Assembly: GCA_943704425.1 (NCBI GenBank)
Contig: CALSCP010000335.1
Location: forward strand, 1 to 49,169
Source of the DNA: Ministeria vibrans ATCC 50519
Taxonomy: Eukaryota; Protista; Filasterea
Direction: 5' to 3'
DNA: 49,169 nt
How positions within the stretch are numbered: position 1 is the first letter of the stretch; each line of letters opens with the position of its first letter. The notes beneath the pieces are model-generated. The model saw only the letters and a program-made list of their open reading frames with translations. It searched no databases and had not been told where the DNA came from. Shown here one piece after another: positions 26,125 to 43,001 of this stretch. The position numbers and the translations under genes were made by a program.

Positions 26125-28575
26125 ATGAAGATTGTCGTCTTGTACCGCAACACGTCGTACCCCATTGAGATAGAGGCGGATATGACCGTTGAATGCTTGC
26201 GCGGCGTGGTCTTTTCGCTTACTGCAGTTGCGCCCAACGAACAAAATCTTGTTGGGATAAATCTTGGGGCTCGTTCCGACGAATCGTCGACGCTTCTACG
26301 CACCCTCGGCATTGCGGACAACACGCATGTGATCATGTCACGCATGCTCACAACGCCACAGACACCCGCAGCGACAGCACAGACGCCCACAGCAGCAACA
26401 ACAGCACAGGCAACATCATCATCAACATCAGCCGTGACGTGCACTCGCTCTCGCCTCGGCTCTCTGACCGCTCGCCAGCCTGGAGCACTCATTCATGGCC
26501 GTGCACTCGTGTGTATGGCATGTGCCACCAGCTGCCACTTGCCTGCGACCGTCTCTGCCTTGCCAGCGTCGCGTCTTGACGATGACTTTGCGTGTGACTG
26601 TGCCAACGCTGGCGCTCCTCTTGGCTGCCTGTTCGCTTCGCGAGCGCTGGCTCACGCCCCGGACCGTCACCAGATTGCAGCCTACCTGAACGAGCTCGGG
26701 GCAGCATCGGATCGTGCGGGTCAGGCAGCTCTGGTGCAAATGCAACGGCGCATTGCCGCGCATGTCGCCGCTGCCAAGCGATACGCGTCGCCGCTGGTGC
26801 AGGCGGCTTGTCGAGCAGTAGTACCTATTGATCAGCTGGAGGAGGAGGCGCGCAAAGCGAGCGGGGGTTGTCAGGCGCTTCATCGCGACGCGCTTCTCGT
26901 AGCGCTCACCCTCTGGTTCAAGCACCGTTTCTTCCAATGGACAAACTCTCCCGAGTGCGAACAGTGTGGCGATGCCTCGGCCATGCGTGCTATCAATGCC
27001 ACAGGTCCCTCCCTTGCGGACGAACATGAAGGACTTGCATCCACCGTGGAGCTGCATGCGTGCCAGTCGTGCGGCGGTCACACAACGCGCTTTCCGCGCT
27101 ACAACAATCCCATCACACTGATGCGCTCTCGTCGTGGCCGTTGCGGCGAATGGGCAAACGCCTTTGCGGCCATCTGCTGTGCTCTGGGCTTTCACGTGCG
27201 CCACATTGTCGATTGGACCGACCATGTGTGGGTGGAGGTGTACAGCGAACTGCGCGATCGATGGATCCACGCCGATCCCTGCGAGGCAGTGGTCGACGCA
27301 CCTCTCATGTACGAAGACGGTTGGGGAAAGAAACTCTCGTACGTGATGGGCTTTTCTCCCGACGGCACTGTGCGTGATGTTGCGCGCCGCTACACGCGTG
27401 ATTGGCCTGCAATGCGAGCGCGTCGCACTGCCATTTCCGAGCGCGCCCTTGCACGTCTCATCCCCGCTCCAAAAGACCACGCCACGCCTGGCGGTGCTGC
27501 CAGTCTCGCGCGCGAAGCGTACGAGCTCGATTACATGGTTCACGCAGGTGCAAATGCTCAGCCTAGCGAGATTGTGGGTCGCACCACGGGCTCGCTGGCT
27601 TGGCGTGCGGCGCGCGGCGAGCTTGGCCGCAGTGTCTTCGCGGCACGTAGTGACACGCCCACCAGTGCAAGTGGCTCGCTTCCCGCAACTGCATCACCTC
27701 TCAACGTAGAGCGCGTGCAAGAGCACCTCACGCGACTCACTGTGGTAGCATTGCACGGAGAGTTGGATGGCGAGCGCGGTGTGAATGGCTGTGCCCAGGC
27801 GTCGCTGTACGACGCGACGGCTCAAGCGTGGGTGGCATTGAGTGGTGACTTCAAACACCTGACGCGTCTCTCGGGCGAATTTGCAGTCGATTATGAGGCG
27901 GGGCGTATTTTTCGCATTGACATTGCGACACGCCAGCTTGTGTGTGTTGCTAGTGGACTTCAAGGACCCACTGGAGTGGCCGTGTGCGACAACAGAGTCT
28001 ATGTGGTCGAGGCGGATGCCATGCGTGTGAGTCGGGCGTTTTGTCAGCTGGATGGTGGCGAGTCCTTGCAGTTCGAGCCGGTTGTGTCGCTTGCCGTCTG
28101 GTGCGATGCCGACAAAGAGCACTGGACTCAGGCGGAGACGGGTGGCATTGCTGTCGACCAGCACTCCATCTATGTGGCTGTGCGGTCGCGTCTACTGCGC
28201 ATTCCTCTCGACACCCTCCGCGCCGAACCCATGTTCACCGGCTCCTTTCTCCATCGCATGGTCGACGGCGATGACGTGTCCCTGGCCACGACGGATGGCG
28301 CCGTGCTCCTCGTTGCCCCCACATTCGGTGCCATTGCTCGTTTCCACAACAGCCACAGCGACGCTCGTCGGCCCGGCACCTTCCGTGATCTGGTCGCGTG
28401 TGGCTCAGAGTCGCGTGGACTCAGTCTTGGTGCACATGCCATTGAGCGCGACGGTGTGCTCTACGTGGCGCACGGAGGACTCAGCGCACTTGCAGTGTAC
28501 GCCTATCCCTCTGGTACCTTCATTGGCTCTTGCGCCTTCCTCAACAGTCCTCTTCGTTCCATCACTCTCTTATAA
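26125..28575 (+). CDS. NGLY1: Peptide:N-glycanase (PNGase/NGLY1) with UBL, UBR-like zinc finger and C-terminal propeller-like region
   Basis: WFKHRFFQW, two CxxC zinc pairs, RFPRYN, RRGRCGEWAN, DWTDHVW, WIHADPCE, YEDGWGKKLSY, DVARRY and GRTTGSLAWRAARGELG. Confidence 0.92.
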   Translation: MKIVVLYRNTSYPIEIEADMTVECLRGVVFSLTAVAPNEQNLVGINLGARSDESSTLLRTLGIADNTHVIMSRMLTTPQTPAATAQTPTAATTAQATSSSTSAVTCTRSRLGSLTARQPGALIHGRALVCMACATSCHLPATVSALPASRLDDDFACDCANAGAPLGCLFASRALAHAPDRHQIAAYLNELGAASDRAGQAALVQMQRRIAAHVAAAKRYASPLVQAACRAVVPIDQLEEEARKASGGCQALHRDALLVALTLWFKHRFFQWTNSPECEQCGDASAMRAINATGPSLADEHEGLASTVELHACQSCGGHTTRFPRYNNPITLMRSRRGRCGEWANAFAAICCALGFHVRHIVDWTDHVWVEVYSELRDRWIHADPCEAVVDAPLMYEDGWGKKLSYVMGFSPDGTVRDVARRYTRDWPAMRARRTAISERALARLIPAPKDHATPGGAASLAREAYELDYMVHAGANAQPSEIVGRTTGSLAWRAARGELGRSVFAARSDTPTSASGSLPATASPLNVERVQEHLTRLTVVALHGELDGERGVNGCAQASLYDATAQAWVALSGDFKHLTRLSGEFAVDYEAGRIFRIDIATRQLVCVASGLQGPTGVAVCDNRVYVVEADAMRVSRAFCQLDGGESLQFEPVVSLAVWCDADKEHWTQAETGGIAVDQHSIYVAVRSRLLRIPLDTLRAEPMFTGSFLHRMVDGDDVSLATTDGAVLLVAPTFGAIARFHNSHSDARRPGTFRDLVACGSESRGLSLGAHAIERDGVLYVAHGGLSALAVYAYPSGTFIGSCAFLNSPLRSITLL

Positions 28576-29057
28576 ATAAAATTTGGAAAAAAACATTGTA
28601 CTTAAAAGCTGGGGAAATCGTGGAATGCACGCCTTCACTCTTCAGTTTTCAAAATGGGAGAATGCGCACTTCTTTTCCAAAGTTTCGCAGAATTAAAAAT
28701 TCCCAAAAATATGAATCCAATTAAGGTGTTCTGATTGTAATTTTGAATGTCACGACTGATACCTTTTCAACGAGATATTCACGGTATGGCGGCAATACTT
28801 TAGAGATATTAACGGAAGAATCATTAATTACAGATAATCCCGATGGTCAATCATTGACACCATATATTTTGTTCAAACTTCAAGAGAAGAGAAACAGTAG
28901 AGCCGCTAATAGGAATTACTATGAATGAAGTCAACCCGGCCGATACCAATTACTACGATGCCACAGTGCACATACGGAACAATTCAAGAGCTCACTTGAG
29001 AACTTACAATCATATGATATTTTTGACTCATTTGAAGTGATAATTTTTTTTATTTTT

Positions 29058-30020
29058 TCATTCGTCCATGAGCGGAAGAGGGTCTGCAACAGAGAAAGGC
29101 GCGTCGGTGGCAGCGCGCACTTGATCGACGGTGACACCATTGGCAATCTCAATGAGGGTCATTCCAACGCCAACGTCAATTTTGAAGACTCCCTAGTGAA
29201 CAAAACAAAACAAAAAAGAAATAGAGGTTTAGCAAACAATTCGTTTCCGTACGCGTGCTTTACCATATCAGTGATGATCATGTTAACACACTGAGTACCG
29301 GTGAGGGGCAGCGAGCACTCCTTCAAAATCTTGGGCGATCCATTCTACAACAATGAATCACAGTTTAGTAAAATAATAATAATACACAATTTTGTGAGTG
29401 TGTGGAGGTGCATGGGTACCTTTGCACAGTGTTCCATGGTCACAACAACCTTGGTGTTGGGAGACGCAACAAGGTCCATTGCGCCGCCCATGCCCTTGAC
29501 CATCTTCTTGGGGATCATCCAGTTGGCAATGTCACCCGTATGCGACACCTGTAACGTCCAAACGATGCAAATTACTATCATTATGTCGCTCTCGCTCGTA
29601 CCTCCATTGCTCCGAGCACAGTCAGTGCAATGTGACCACCGCGGATCATTGCAAACGAGTCATCGCTGCCAAAGAAGGAGCTGCCAGGAATCTGAGTCAC
29701 AGTCTGTTTCCCTAATGCATCAAAACTCCAAAGTTAGCAACACGTCGTACACATAAACTAAAAATACCCGCATTGATAAGATCGGCATCGACCTCGGAAG
29801 TGTCAGAAGGGAAGGGTCCAATACCCAGAATGCCATTTTCACTCTGCAGCGAGACGTTGTCTTCTGGCTTCAGGTAGTTACTCGCCAGCATAGGCATTCC
29901 AATTCCCACATTCGCATACGAGTTCTTCTCAAACTCCTTTGCCGCTCGGCGCACAATACGCTCGCGCATCTATCGCATATTATCATTATCATAATCATAA
30001 TCATCACACACACACACACA

Positions 30021-30063
<43 letters not shown>

Positions 30064-30070
30064 ACACACA

Positions 30071-30101
<31 letters not shown>

Positions 30102-31399
30102 ATCGCTTTGTTTCTTTCTCCCTCCTCTCTCTCTCTCGTATCTCTCTATCATTTTGTTTCTTTCTCTTTAGCTGTGTATTGTACCTTGTCTGCGTCGCTC
30201 TGAGCCGTCACAGTCTCCTCTGAGGAGGCCATGGTGATCTTCTCGATGCGCTTTTCCGGTTGCGGGTTAATCACAATCCGATCGACAAACACTCCACTCA
30301 AATGGATTGAGTCTGCATCCAGTGGCTCCTCCGACAACACCTCGGCTTCCACAATCGTCATTTTAGCCGCTCGAGCACACGCAGGATTGAAATTACGTGC
30401 ACTATATACCCACACAAAGATCAGTCTCACTCTTCCATTCTTCCACGTATCCTACGTCTTGTTGAACATGACGTTGCCCCAGTGGTCCACTTTGTAAGCC
30501 TTGACCAGCGCAATATCGCCGACAATCGCCTTCTCCATAATGTAGGGTCGTTCGGGTCCATGCAGTGTCGAAAACGAGCGAGATTCGCGCGCCTCAGACG
30601 CAATCTCAACTTCACCGTCGCTCGTGTACTTGATGGGCGCTCCACCATGGTGAATCACCTAAAGACAACAGCAAACCAAATGGTCATCACATCGCACTCC
30701 CTGCCTGCCCCCCTTGCCCTGACGTACCGTTCCGTAGCCAGTGGGCGTGTAGAACGCCGGAATGCCAGCACCGCCGGCCCGCAGTCGCTCCGCCAGCGTC
30801 CCTTGCGGCGTCAGTTCAACCTACAAGAGCCCGTGTCACTCACGCACACCCTCGCGCACCACCGCCGCACCTCCAGCTCGCCCGCAAGGTACTGGCGTGC
30901 AAACTCCTTGTTCTCGCCCACATAGCTCGACACCATTCGCTTCACCTGACGCGCCTTGAGCAGCAGCCCAATGCCACAGTCGTCGACCCCCGCGTTGTTC
31001 GACACGCACGTCAGGTTCTTCGTGCCCAGACTCAGCACCGCCCCAATCAGCGCAGACGGAATCCCGCACAGTCCAAAGCCCCCAATGAGCAACTGCGACG
31101 CGACACAAAAGTGAGACAGGACCCTTTCTCTTTTTACATCCGTTTTGTGTAGGGACAAAAAAAAAAAAAAAAAGATCGACAACGTATCACACACCAACAA
31201 GAAGCCCTTATGATCCATGGCGGATCCCACGCCCCCTCCGTACCGTGTCGCCATCCTTGATCCCCTCCAGCGCCTTGGTGGCTGCCGTCCCGGAAAACAC
31301 CGGTTTGGCGCCAGTGTTGATCAGACGCAGCCGAACAAGCCCCGCCGCCCGCACCGCCACGCTTTCTCTCACGCTTACAGCTGCACGCGACAGAATCAT
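29058..31399 (-). CDS. OXCT1: Succinyl-CoA:3-ketoacid CoA transferase (SCOT), multi-exon
   Basis: [65 protein letters not shown], with a mitochondrial-type presequence. Confidence 0.95.
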
Positions 31400-31505
31400 G
31401 CCCAGAACTATGACAAGAAAATTTGAGTTTTTTTTTAAAAAAAGCAAACGATCAAATAATGAACAAAACGGTTGACATTAATTTTATTAACTGTACTGAA
31501 ATATC

Positions 31506-31634
31506 ATGTCGGAGAGCTCACCCCCTCCTCCTTCAGATCCACCGGCGATAAACGTACGTCGCGGCGTCTCTCCATTTTTTCTTTCTATTGTTTCTCTGTT
31601 GTTTCTTTCGTTCTTTCATCCTCGACCAAAGTGT

Positions 31635-31672
<38 letters not shown>

Positions 31673-32845
31673 CGTCTTGTCGTATGGACTCTCGATGCTC
31701 TTCAATGGTCGGGTCACTTGGTCTGCTCTCCCGCACCTTGTGGTTTGCGTGTATTATTAGCGGACAGCGACGCAATGGACAAAAAAAAAGAAGACTTGTC
31801 TCAATTTTTCTTCTCTCGCCTTCTCTCGTCAGGTCTCTGCTCTCGAAGAGCTGTTTGGCGAGGCCATTGCCTCTGCCGTTCAAGCGCATGGTGCATCCCA
31901 CGACGCTACACACGCCCAGACGGCTGCTGGCGGCCCGGCACTCGGCTGGATGTCGAACGACAGTGCTGATGTTGCGACGGCTATGGATGCGGAAGACAGC
32001 GACAGTCTGGAGGCTGACGAGGACAACGCAGTCGGTGGCGTGCCGTTCTATTATGACGACAACGACAATGACTTTGTGGGCGACGACGATGACGAGGACG
32101 ACGACGACGATGAAGACCCGGACGACATTATGATGGACGGACCAGGGCCGCTGGCGCTCGAAGGGGACGTTGGAGAGCACTCGGGCGAAGACCCCCACCT
32201 TGCACGCGATCCTGCGGTCGCTCAGGTTCCTGCTCGTGCCCAGGTCGACACAAAGAGTTTGTTTGCCAAGGCGGAACAATTGCTCTCGGGCAATCGTGGA
32301 ATCGACGAGTTCATTCGCGAGTCGGAGCGTTTTGCCGCACCGCAAGCGAGCGCCTGTGGCTTCCTCTGGGAGGAAGGCACCATTGCCTATCGCTGTATCA
32401 CCTGCCAGAAGAGCCCATGCACTAGCATTTGCGCCGACTGCTTTCGCGCCGCCGACCACACGGGTCACGACTTCTACATGTTCAAGTCCCAGAGTGGCGG
32501 TGCTTGTGATTGTGGTATGGACGAAGTCATGCAACCCGCTGGATTCTGTCCCAGTCACGAAACATGGCGAAACGAAGGCAAGAGACCACACAAAAACAAT
32601 AATCATAGTCTCACAGACGTCGATCATTTCTGTTTTTTGTAGGCGTTCCTCCCTTGCTTGGTGTGCCAGAGAGCTTGAGCGACCCCGCTCGCAGTGTCAT
32701 CCGCTACATTGTCTTGTTTCTCTACAATTCCAAAGATCACGAAAAGGTATCAATATATTAAACAACAAAAAAAATTAACAAAACGATCATCTGACTGTCA
32801 CAATAAGACGTAGTAAATTTATTAATGATTGTTATATTTATTTTA

Positions 32846-32932
<87 letters not shown>

Positions 32933-35900
32933 TCTATTATTATTATTATTTTTATTGTTCTTCCTGTCGAATGAATGAATTGACATACTGATCAATTCCT
33001 TCTTTTTAGCAAACGTGGGACTCGATTATTGCACCGACGTTGAACTGGCTGGCTGAGCTCTGTCGTGTCTCTCGCATTCTGCGTCGCATTGTGGCAGAGG
33101 AGCTGATGGCAAGTCCGTGTGGACGGGCCATGGTGGACATGGCGGCCGAACGCGATCTTGACGGCTCCTTTTGCAATCTTTACTTGCAAATGTTGCCGGA
33201 ACGGGACTTCAAGAGTGCCTTTGCTGGTTGGTTCTGTGTGATTTATGGACGTCTGGTGGAGCGCATGCTTGATGTGAGTCGCGATGTACAGGGCCTCTCC
33301 AGTCGCATGATTCACGTCTCCGTACAGCTCTACTGCGGTCCCTCCATCACCATGCAGTGCATTCAGGAGAACCATCTTTTGCACGTTCTTGTGGACGCCG
33401 TAGGTGCCATCTGTCGTGGCATGTCGGCCAACGGTCAGTTCAACAACCAGAGTCTTTTGGTTGTCGAACATCGCTACTGGTGTGCTACCAGCGACCTCGC
33501 CAACGTGCTCACCTTCGACTTGGCAGCCGCCCTCATGCTGCGCAATATCAGTCCCCTTGTGGACGCTTGGCTCACCGCCCTGTCATCGCTTCATCGCATC
33601 AACCCAAACGTCCGTGAGCTGCTCACGCACGTCACCTACGAAACGGATGCCTGGTCGCGTGCCTTTTCCGTCGAAATGGAAATCTGCTCCAATGCCCTTC
33701 AGTTGCTCGCTCAGGGTGCTCTGTTACTCTCCGTCGACGAACTCTGTGCTCTCGTTGTTGCTTGTCGTCGTCACCTTGACCTCATTTACGATGCGCAACA
33801 GGATGAAGTCCAAAATGTACAAAGAGAAAGAGAAAAAAAGGCAAAAAAAGAACAATAAAATACTAATAGTTTTGCTTCCTCTTAGGGTATCTCGTACCAT
33901 TTGCCTCTGCAACGCCACTACAGCATGTTTGCCAGCCTACTCATGAGCAAACACAACGTTCCACTTGAGCGTGTGCTGGCCCTGGGCGAGCGCGAAGGCA
34001 GCGTGTTGGGTCTGCGTCGCTATGTGCAGGATATCATTCGCATTGTTGGCCTCAACACACAGGTGCGCGCCAACATGTGGCGACGCAACGGCTCCATCAT
34101 GATCAAACAGGCGTGGGTGTACACCAGCAGTACTTTCCATGATTCAGGCTACTCCCTTGACATGGCCCTTATGCAAATGGCCGCTGTTTCCATTCCACCC
34201 GCTGACTTCCTCTCCGACCTTCTCCAAGCAACTGCAGTAAGCCTAGCCACACCCCTCCTCCCCTCGCGGGAAACCGAGAACCTAATGACTCACAACTTTT
34301 TGCACGTTGTGTTGTTTCTCTTGTTGTTTCATTAGTGTTCCGACTTTTTTACGTACACCTTTGGCGAAGGAACTGCCCCAAGTGTGAACACGGACACTAC
34401 CGAGACAACCATGCTACTCACCAACGGCTTGCTTCAATTCATTCTCTCACTTATCACCGACTCGTGGCGTCTTCAGCCCGACTCGCCTCGCACCGCGCTT
34501 CGTCGCGAACTCTGCTGCCGTCTCTCCGTGCGCAATCTCACTCACAGCCAACTTGTCGACCTCATCCCAACGCGCCTTTCTCGTCTCGAATTTTTTCAAG
34601 ATGTCCTGAACGAAGTTGCTTCGTTTGAAAAGCCCAAAAAGGACATGTCTGGGGTTCTTCACCAAGTAGGTTTTTTGTTTTCTTTTTCTTTCTCTCACTT
34701 TTCTTCTTTCTCCCTCCTCTCTATCATCTATTTTTTTTTCTCACACACACTTACACGTATACATATATATATATATTCCAATTGCTCGTTAGGGATTCTA
34801 CAAGTTGACTGACGACGCTTGGCTCAACGACTACGACGCCGACTACGTCGCTTCACGCTACTATCTTCTGCGCGACCTCCAAGAGTCCACTTCTCGCTAC
34901 GCAGACTTTGCGACGGTCAAAGGACTTGCCGACAAGGCACCGCCCGTGCGCGTCTCGCCCTCCCTTTGTCTGCCCATGGAGGGATTTCCGGCCAACTTTC
35001 TCAATGCGCGCGAGGTGCATTCCATGGTGCTCTCCGTACTCTACCACGCCTTTTACACGCTGTACATAGTCGACGGTGGTGAGTCACAGAATCCTCCCAA
35101 CTCTACCGAGCTTGCGCTGCGTCTGCTTGAACACTGCTGCGCCGTGCGTCCTCCTCAGTGCGCGCAGCCCACCGACAACTCCTCTCTTCTCTGTCCTTGC
35201 CTCCGTCTGCCCCCTTGTGTCGATGACTCGTCTACCAACCACATGGTCTACGCTACCGACGACTGTATCTACACCAATGTGTGTTTGCCCCTGGTGGACC
35301 TCGACGTGGTACCTTTCCATTGGCGGCAGCATCACTCACAGGGTCGTTGGTCGCTGCTGTACATTCTTGTGGCTCTTGCCGAACGTCTCAATGGCAAATT
35401 TGCCGTGCAACGCATTATCACGCGTCTCTCCACCTGCAAGACGGTTGTCGCACACCTTCAAGCCATCGCGCCGACCGCAAGTATGTCGACATCGAGTGCT
35501 TCGGACAGTACCACCTCGGTCGCCATGGACATGGACAGTCCCAGCCAGCAATCGGACGGCTCGTCGTTGAGCAGCACAGCAACGGCTGCCGCCGATGCCG
35601 CCGCTGCCGATGCCGAGCGACAGCGCAAAAAGGAAAAGTCGCAGGCACGTCGTGACCGACTGCTGGCTGACTTTAAAAAGCGGCAACAGGCATTCCTTGC
35701 GAGTCAGTCGTCGGCGGGCGATGACGATGCCAATGCAGACGACATCGACGGCGACGGTGGCGGCAGCAACGATCTTGCCGATGGGGACACGAGTGTGACG
35801 CAGCAAGAGGAAGACACAGACGAGTTTGACAAGCGTGTGCACGAGCGCTGCGTAGCCGACGACTTTGATGCGTGGGACACACACGACTATGTCGCGCCTG

Positions 35901-38249
35901 ATTGTGTCATTTGCATGTCGGGTGCGCTGCCCGACGTGCCTATGGCACTCATTGCGTTGGGTCTGCACTCAAGCAGTCAAACAGGCCGCGCATGCGTGCT
36001 TGGGTACCGTTCTCAAAAGGCGGGTGCTCGGCGCCACGACCGCATACAGGCGGACCAACGTGCGTACAGCAAGTTACGACTCATTTTTGGCGACACCTCG
36101 TCCTTTTTCGGTGCACCTCGCATTGCGTCCAAGTTTCATATCCGATCCTGTGGCCACATGATGCACGTCAGCTGTGCGGCCACCTACATTGAGTCGCTGC
36201 ATCCCGAAGCGGTCCCCAACAGCTCGCTGAGCGTCGAATTTCGCTGTCCACTCTGTCGTCGTGTCGCCAACATGTACATTCCCATTGTGCCATCGTGTGG
36301 AATCGGTGCCGATCCTCGCACAACTGCACCCACCTCAACAACAACAACAACCAACAACAACAACAGCAACAGCAACAACGCCCGTCGAAGCGTCATCAAC
36401 TACAGCGGACGGTATTGGTAGTAGCGAGAGGCGTCGTTCGCCGGTGTTTGTGATGGAGTCGTCCTCTGGCGAGTCCGTCACGGTGTTTCGGAAGCGCAGC
36501 TTGAGCGGCCGTTCCCTGCGCGACACGCCATCACCTCGTGCTGCGGCGCGCCTCGCCTCCGTCCAGAATGACCGGCTGAGCATGTATCGACACTTGAAGA
36601 AGGGCACCCAAGACTTTGTCTCGAGTGTGGCCAGCCAGATCGGCTCGATTGAACCAGTGGTGTCGTTGCTCGAGCTGTTGCGCACGGTGGCGGTTGATGC
36701 AAGTGTGGCCGCGACGTCGCTCGAGAATTGCTCGCCTATTGCCATGCGCACCTACCGCGCACTGGTGTACAGTGTCGCCGGTGCGATTCCCGCGGCACTC
36801 GAACAATCGAATCGTCTTGTCGCCCCGTTTGGCCAACGCTTGCATGTCTACGACGAGCTTGTGTTGCAGTACGACCCGAACACACCGACACGTCGCTCCG
36901 AGTCACACCCGCTGACACTCCTCTCGCGCGACCAATCGATCTGTTTCCTCTATCTTTTGCTGCACCCATGCAAGGCCGAGGGTCGCACTGGACCGACGCG
37001 CGACGCAGTACGAGTGCGTGAGTACTTGCGCGGCTGCTTGCGAGCCACCTTGGTGCAGGCGTGCATTGTGGTATTGTCGAACATGACAGAGGATGAGCTC
37101 GCGCGTGTGCGCCTTCAGTCGTTCTGGCAGGCGTATGTGGGAGACGCGATGGAGGTGGACGAGGACGAGGACGACGAGGAGCTGCTGGTTGCTGCACACG
37201 AGCGCAAGTGTGCAATGGTGTTTTCCGAGGTGACGTCGTGGCTCAACATGGCTCAGTTTGTTGGAATGTCGACCAAGACTTCGTCTCTCCGTGAGCATCT
37301 GTCGCGTGCCCATGATGCGGTCGCCACTGCCGAGAAGAAGCCGAGTGCTCTAGCTCAATGGCAGCAGACAACCTCAAAAGCACCAGGCGCAGCTGCAGCA
37401 CTACCAACATCAGCAACAACATCAACAACAACAACAACAACAGCAGCAGCAGCAGCAGCAGGTGTAGAATTGGAGTCGAGTGACGACGATGCGTTGCGCT
37501 TGCGCATTCTGTCTCAATTGGATCGGTTGTGTACGCCTCTATTGCGACTGGCGCTGTGGTACACTCATGTGTTTGTGTCACGGCGAGGGAATGAGCGTGT
37601 TCCACGTCGCGATCGACCTTCGCCGCGTCTTGAGGACGACGTCAACGACACGGCCATCAATTATCTGTTGGCACTTGAGATGGCGCAGGACCCTGCCGGG
37701 GCATGGGATGTGCTGCGACGACGATGGGTTTGTCACGAGTGGCTCTACAGCATGTCGAGTGTGGCGCCCTCCCAGACGTGGGTCATTACGCCCCCTTTGG
37801 CGCTGTACGCCCGTCCGCGACTGCAGAACCTGCCGCGAGTCTACACCGACCTGCACGCGCGCATTGTGGGTGCCCCATGCAATCTGTGTCATGGCGTGCC
37901 CAAACGACCCTGTGTGTGTCTTCTCTGTGGCGCCATTGTGTGCGTGGCGGAGAAATGCTGCACCGTCAATCGACTGGGCGAGCTGACGACGCACTCTCGG
38001 TCCTGTGGTGGAGGCACGGGACTGTTTCTTGAAGTAGAGGCAACTACGGTTCTCATTGTCATTGGCCAGCGGAACTGCATTTGGAATTCACCCTATCTGG
38101 ATGCGCACGGCGAGGAGGACGTCAATCTGGCGCGTGGTCGTCCGCTCTTCCTCGACGAACAGCGCTACCAGTCGCTCGAGACGCAGTGGCTGGAGAGTAG
38201 TCTCAACGAGTCGGTGGGTCGGTGGCACTGGCACACGACGACCATGTGA
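31506..38249 (+). CDS. UBR3: UBR3-like N-degron E3 ubiquitin ligase (multi-exon; apparent frameshift near 36351; start uncertain)
   Basis: UBR box CGFLW..AYRCITCQKSPCTSICADCF..DHTGHDFYMFKSQSGGACDCG, WRRNG, split RING (CVIC...SCGHMMHVSC...FRCPLCRR), and a C-terminal CLLCG...YLDAHGEEDVNLARGRPL domain. Confidence 0.88.
32845..32950. repeat. (TTA)n microsatellite in a UBR3 intron
   Basis: Directly visible. Confidence 0.9.
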
Positions 38250-38337
38250 AAAAGAAGTAGCGAGCGACTGTGTGTGTTGAAAAAGAGAGAGTGAGAGCAA
38301 GTGCGAGAGTATGATGGAAATTGTATGGATTGATAGT

Positions 38338-41710
<3,373 letters not shown>

Positions 41711-41830
41711 GGCCGCAGTGCGCGAGACAAGGTTGTGTCGAAAACTTCGACGAGGAGGCTCCTCTTCGACGTGCAGTTCCGTTGACATTTTCAATGAATA
41801 AAAGTGATCTCAATTGTCTGTTGTTTATTC

Positions 41831-42504
41831 TTAGACAACGGTCGCGTTTCCAGGACTCGAGAATCCGCTCGGGTACCAGTTCTTGTCGACACCTGCGCTG
41901 CAGAAGGATGCGTCGCCCGAATACTGCTTCATAGCAGGAGAGCTCCAGCCACCAAAGGCACGGAAGTCGCTGAACGACTCTGATGAATCTACACAATTTT
42001 GCACAGGATGAGCAGAAGTATGATAAACATACGCACTATGTAGTCTTTTTTTTATGTTTTTTTTTTCTTCTTTTTGTTGATCCATGTTTGGGTTCGTACC
42101 GTAGTGAGCGTACCAGAGAGGGAGATGGGAAAAATCCTACAGCAACCAAACAATCAGAGGTTTAAAGTGATTTCTGTTGCGATGAGAAACATCTTGTTCG
42201 TACGTGGCTATCGCACGCAATGGGGCTCCACTGCGACTCGCTGGTGTACATGCCAACGGTGAGTCCATGCGACTGCGCGGTGGTCATAAGGGACTTGATG
42301 AAGGCGACGTGCGACGAACAGTCTCCAGACCAGTACTGAGTGCCTACCAAGGGAACACCCTTTCAAAACAGACACAATTCTAGGTTGTCTATGGTGAATG
42401 AGTACCCTCAATATCAAGCCAGACCGTTCCAAAGCGAGTGCCCTTGAAATGCTCAACAAAGTCGTTCATCTAAAAAAAAGTTTGTGCATTCCCCCAAAAT
42501 ATTA

Positions 42505-42542
<38 letters not shown>

Positions 42543-43001
42543 TAATACGTCTTATTATCAGTGTGGTGAAAAAGCGAAAAAAAAAAAAAGAGAGAGAGAG
42601 AAAGGGACAAAAACAAGAAGGACAGAGAGCGTACCTGGCCCTCGGGGTTGCCGCAGTGGGGGCACGGGAAGAAGTAGAGGTCCTAGAGAGGGTCGCGTGA
42701 GCTGCGGTTGACTGGAAACACAGTTTTTTGGAGAGAGGGAGAGAGAGAGAGAGATTGTTGTTGTTTGTCTTACAACGTGCGAAAAACCAGCAGCCCAGGC
42801 ATTTCCGACGCTGGCCTTGGCCGACGGATCGGTGTGTCCGACAGACTGGTAGCCACGGATGATGGCGAAGCTGTAGCCATCCTTCTTCATGCATTGGAAG
42901 GAGGAAAGCGAAGTGGTTTGGCTCACGTCCACACCGACCGTGGCAAGCGCCGGGACGATCGCAGCCGCGACAAGCGCCGAGAGGAGGAGAACAGTGCGCA
43001 T
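41831..43001 (-). CDS. Protist-type (GH25-like) lysozyme, secreted, multi-exon
   Basis: Signal peptide, GVDVSQ, FAIIRGYQS, YFFPC, VWLDIE, GMYTS..QW, LWYAHY, FGGWSSPAMKQY and GVDKNWY. Confidence 0.9.

Noticed and set aside
26428-27543. Long antisense ORFs (also 31533-32627 and 17612-18505)
   Set aside because: These are shadows of well-supported GC-rich genes on the opposite strand.
28590-28724. Peptide GEIVEC...RTSFPKFRRIK reminiscent of a ligase OB-fold end
   Set aside because: Very short, with no upstream domain and only weak similarity.
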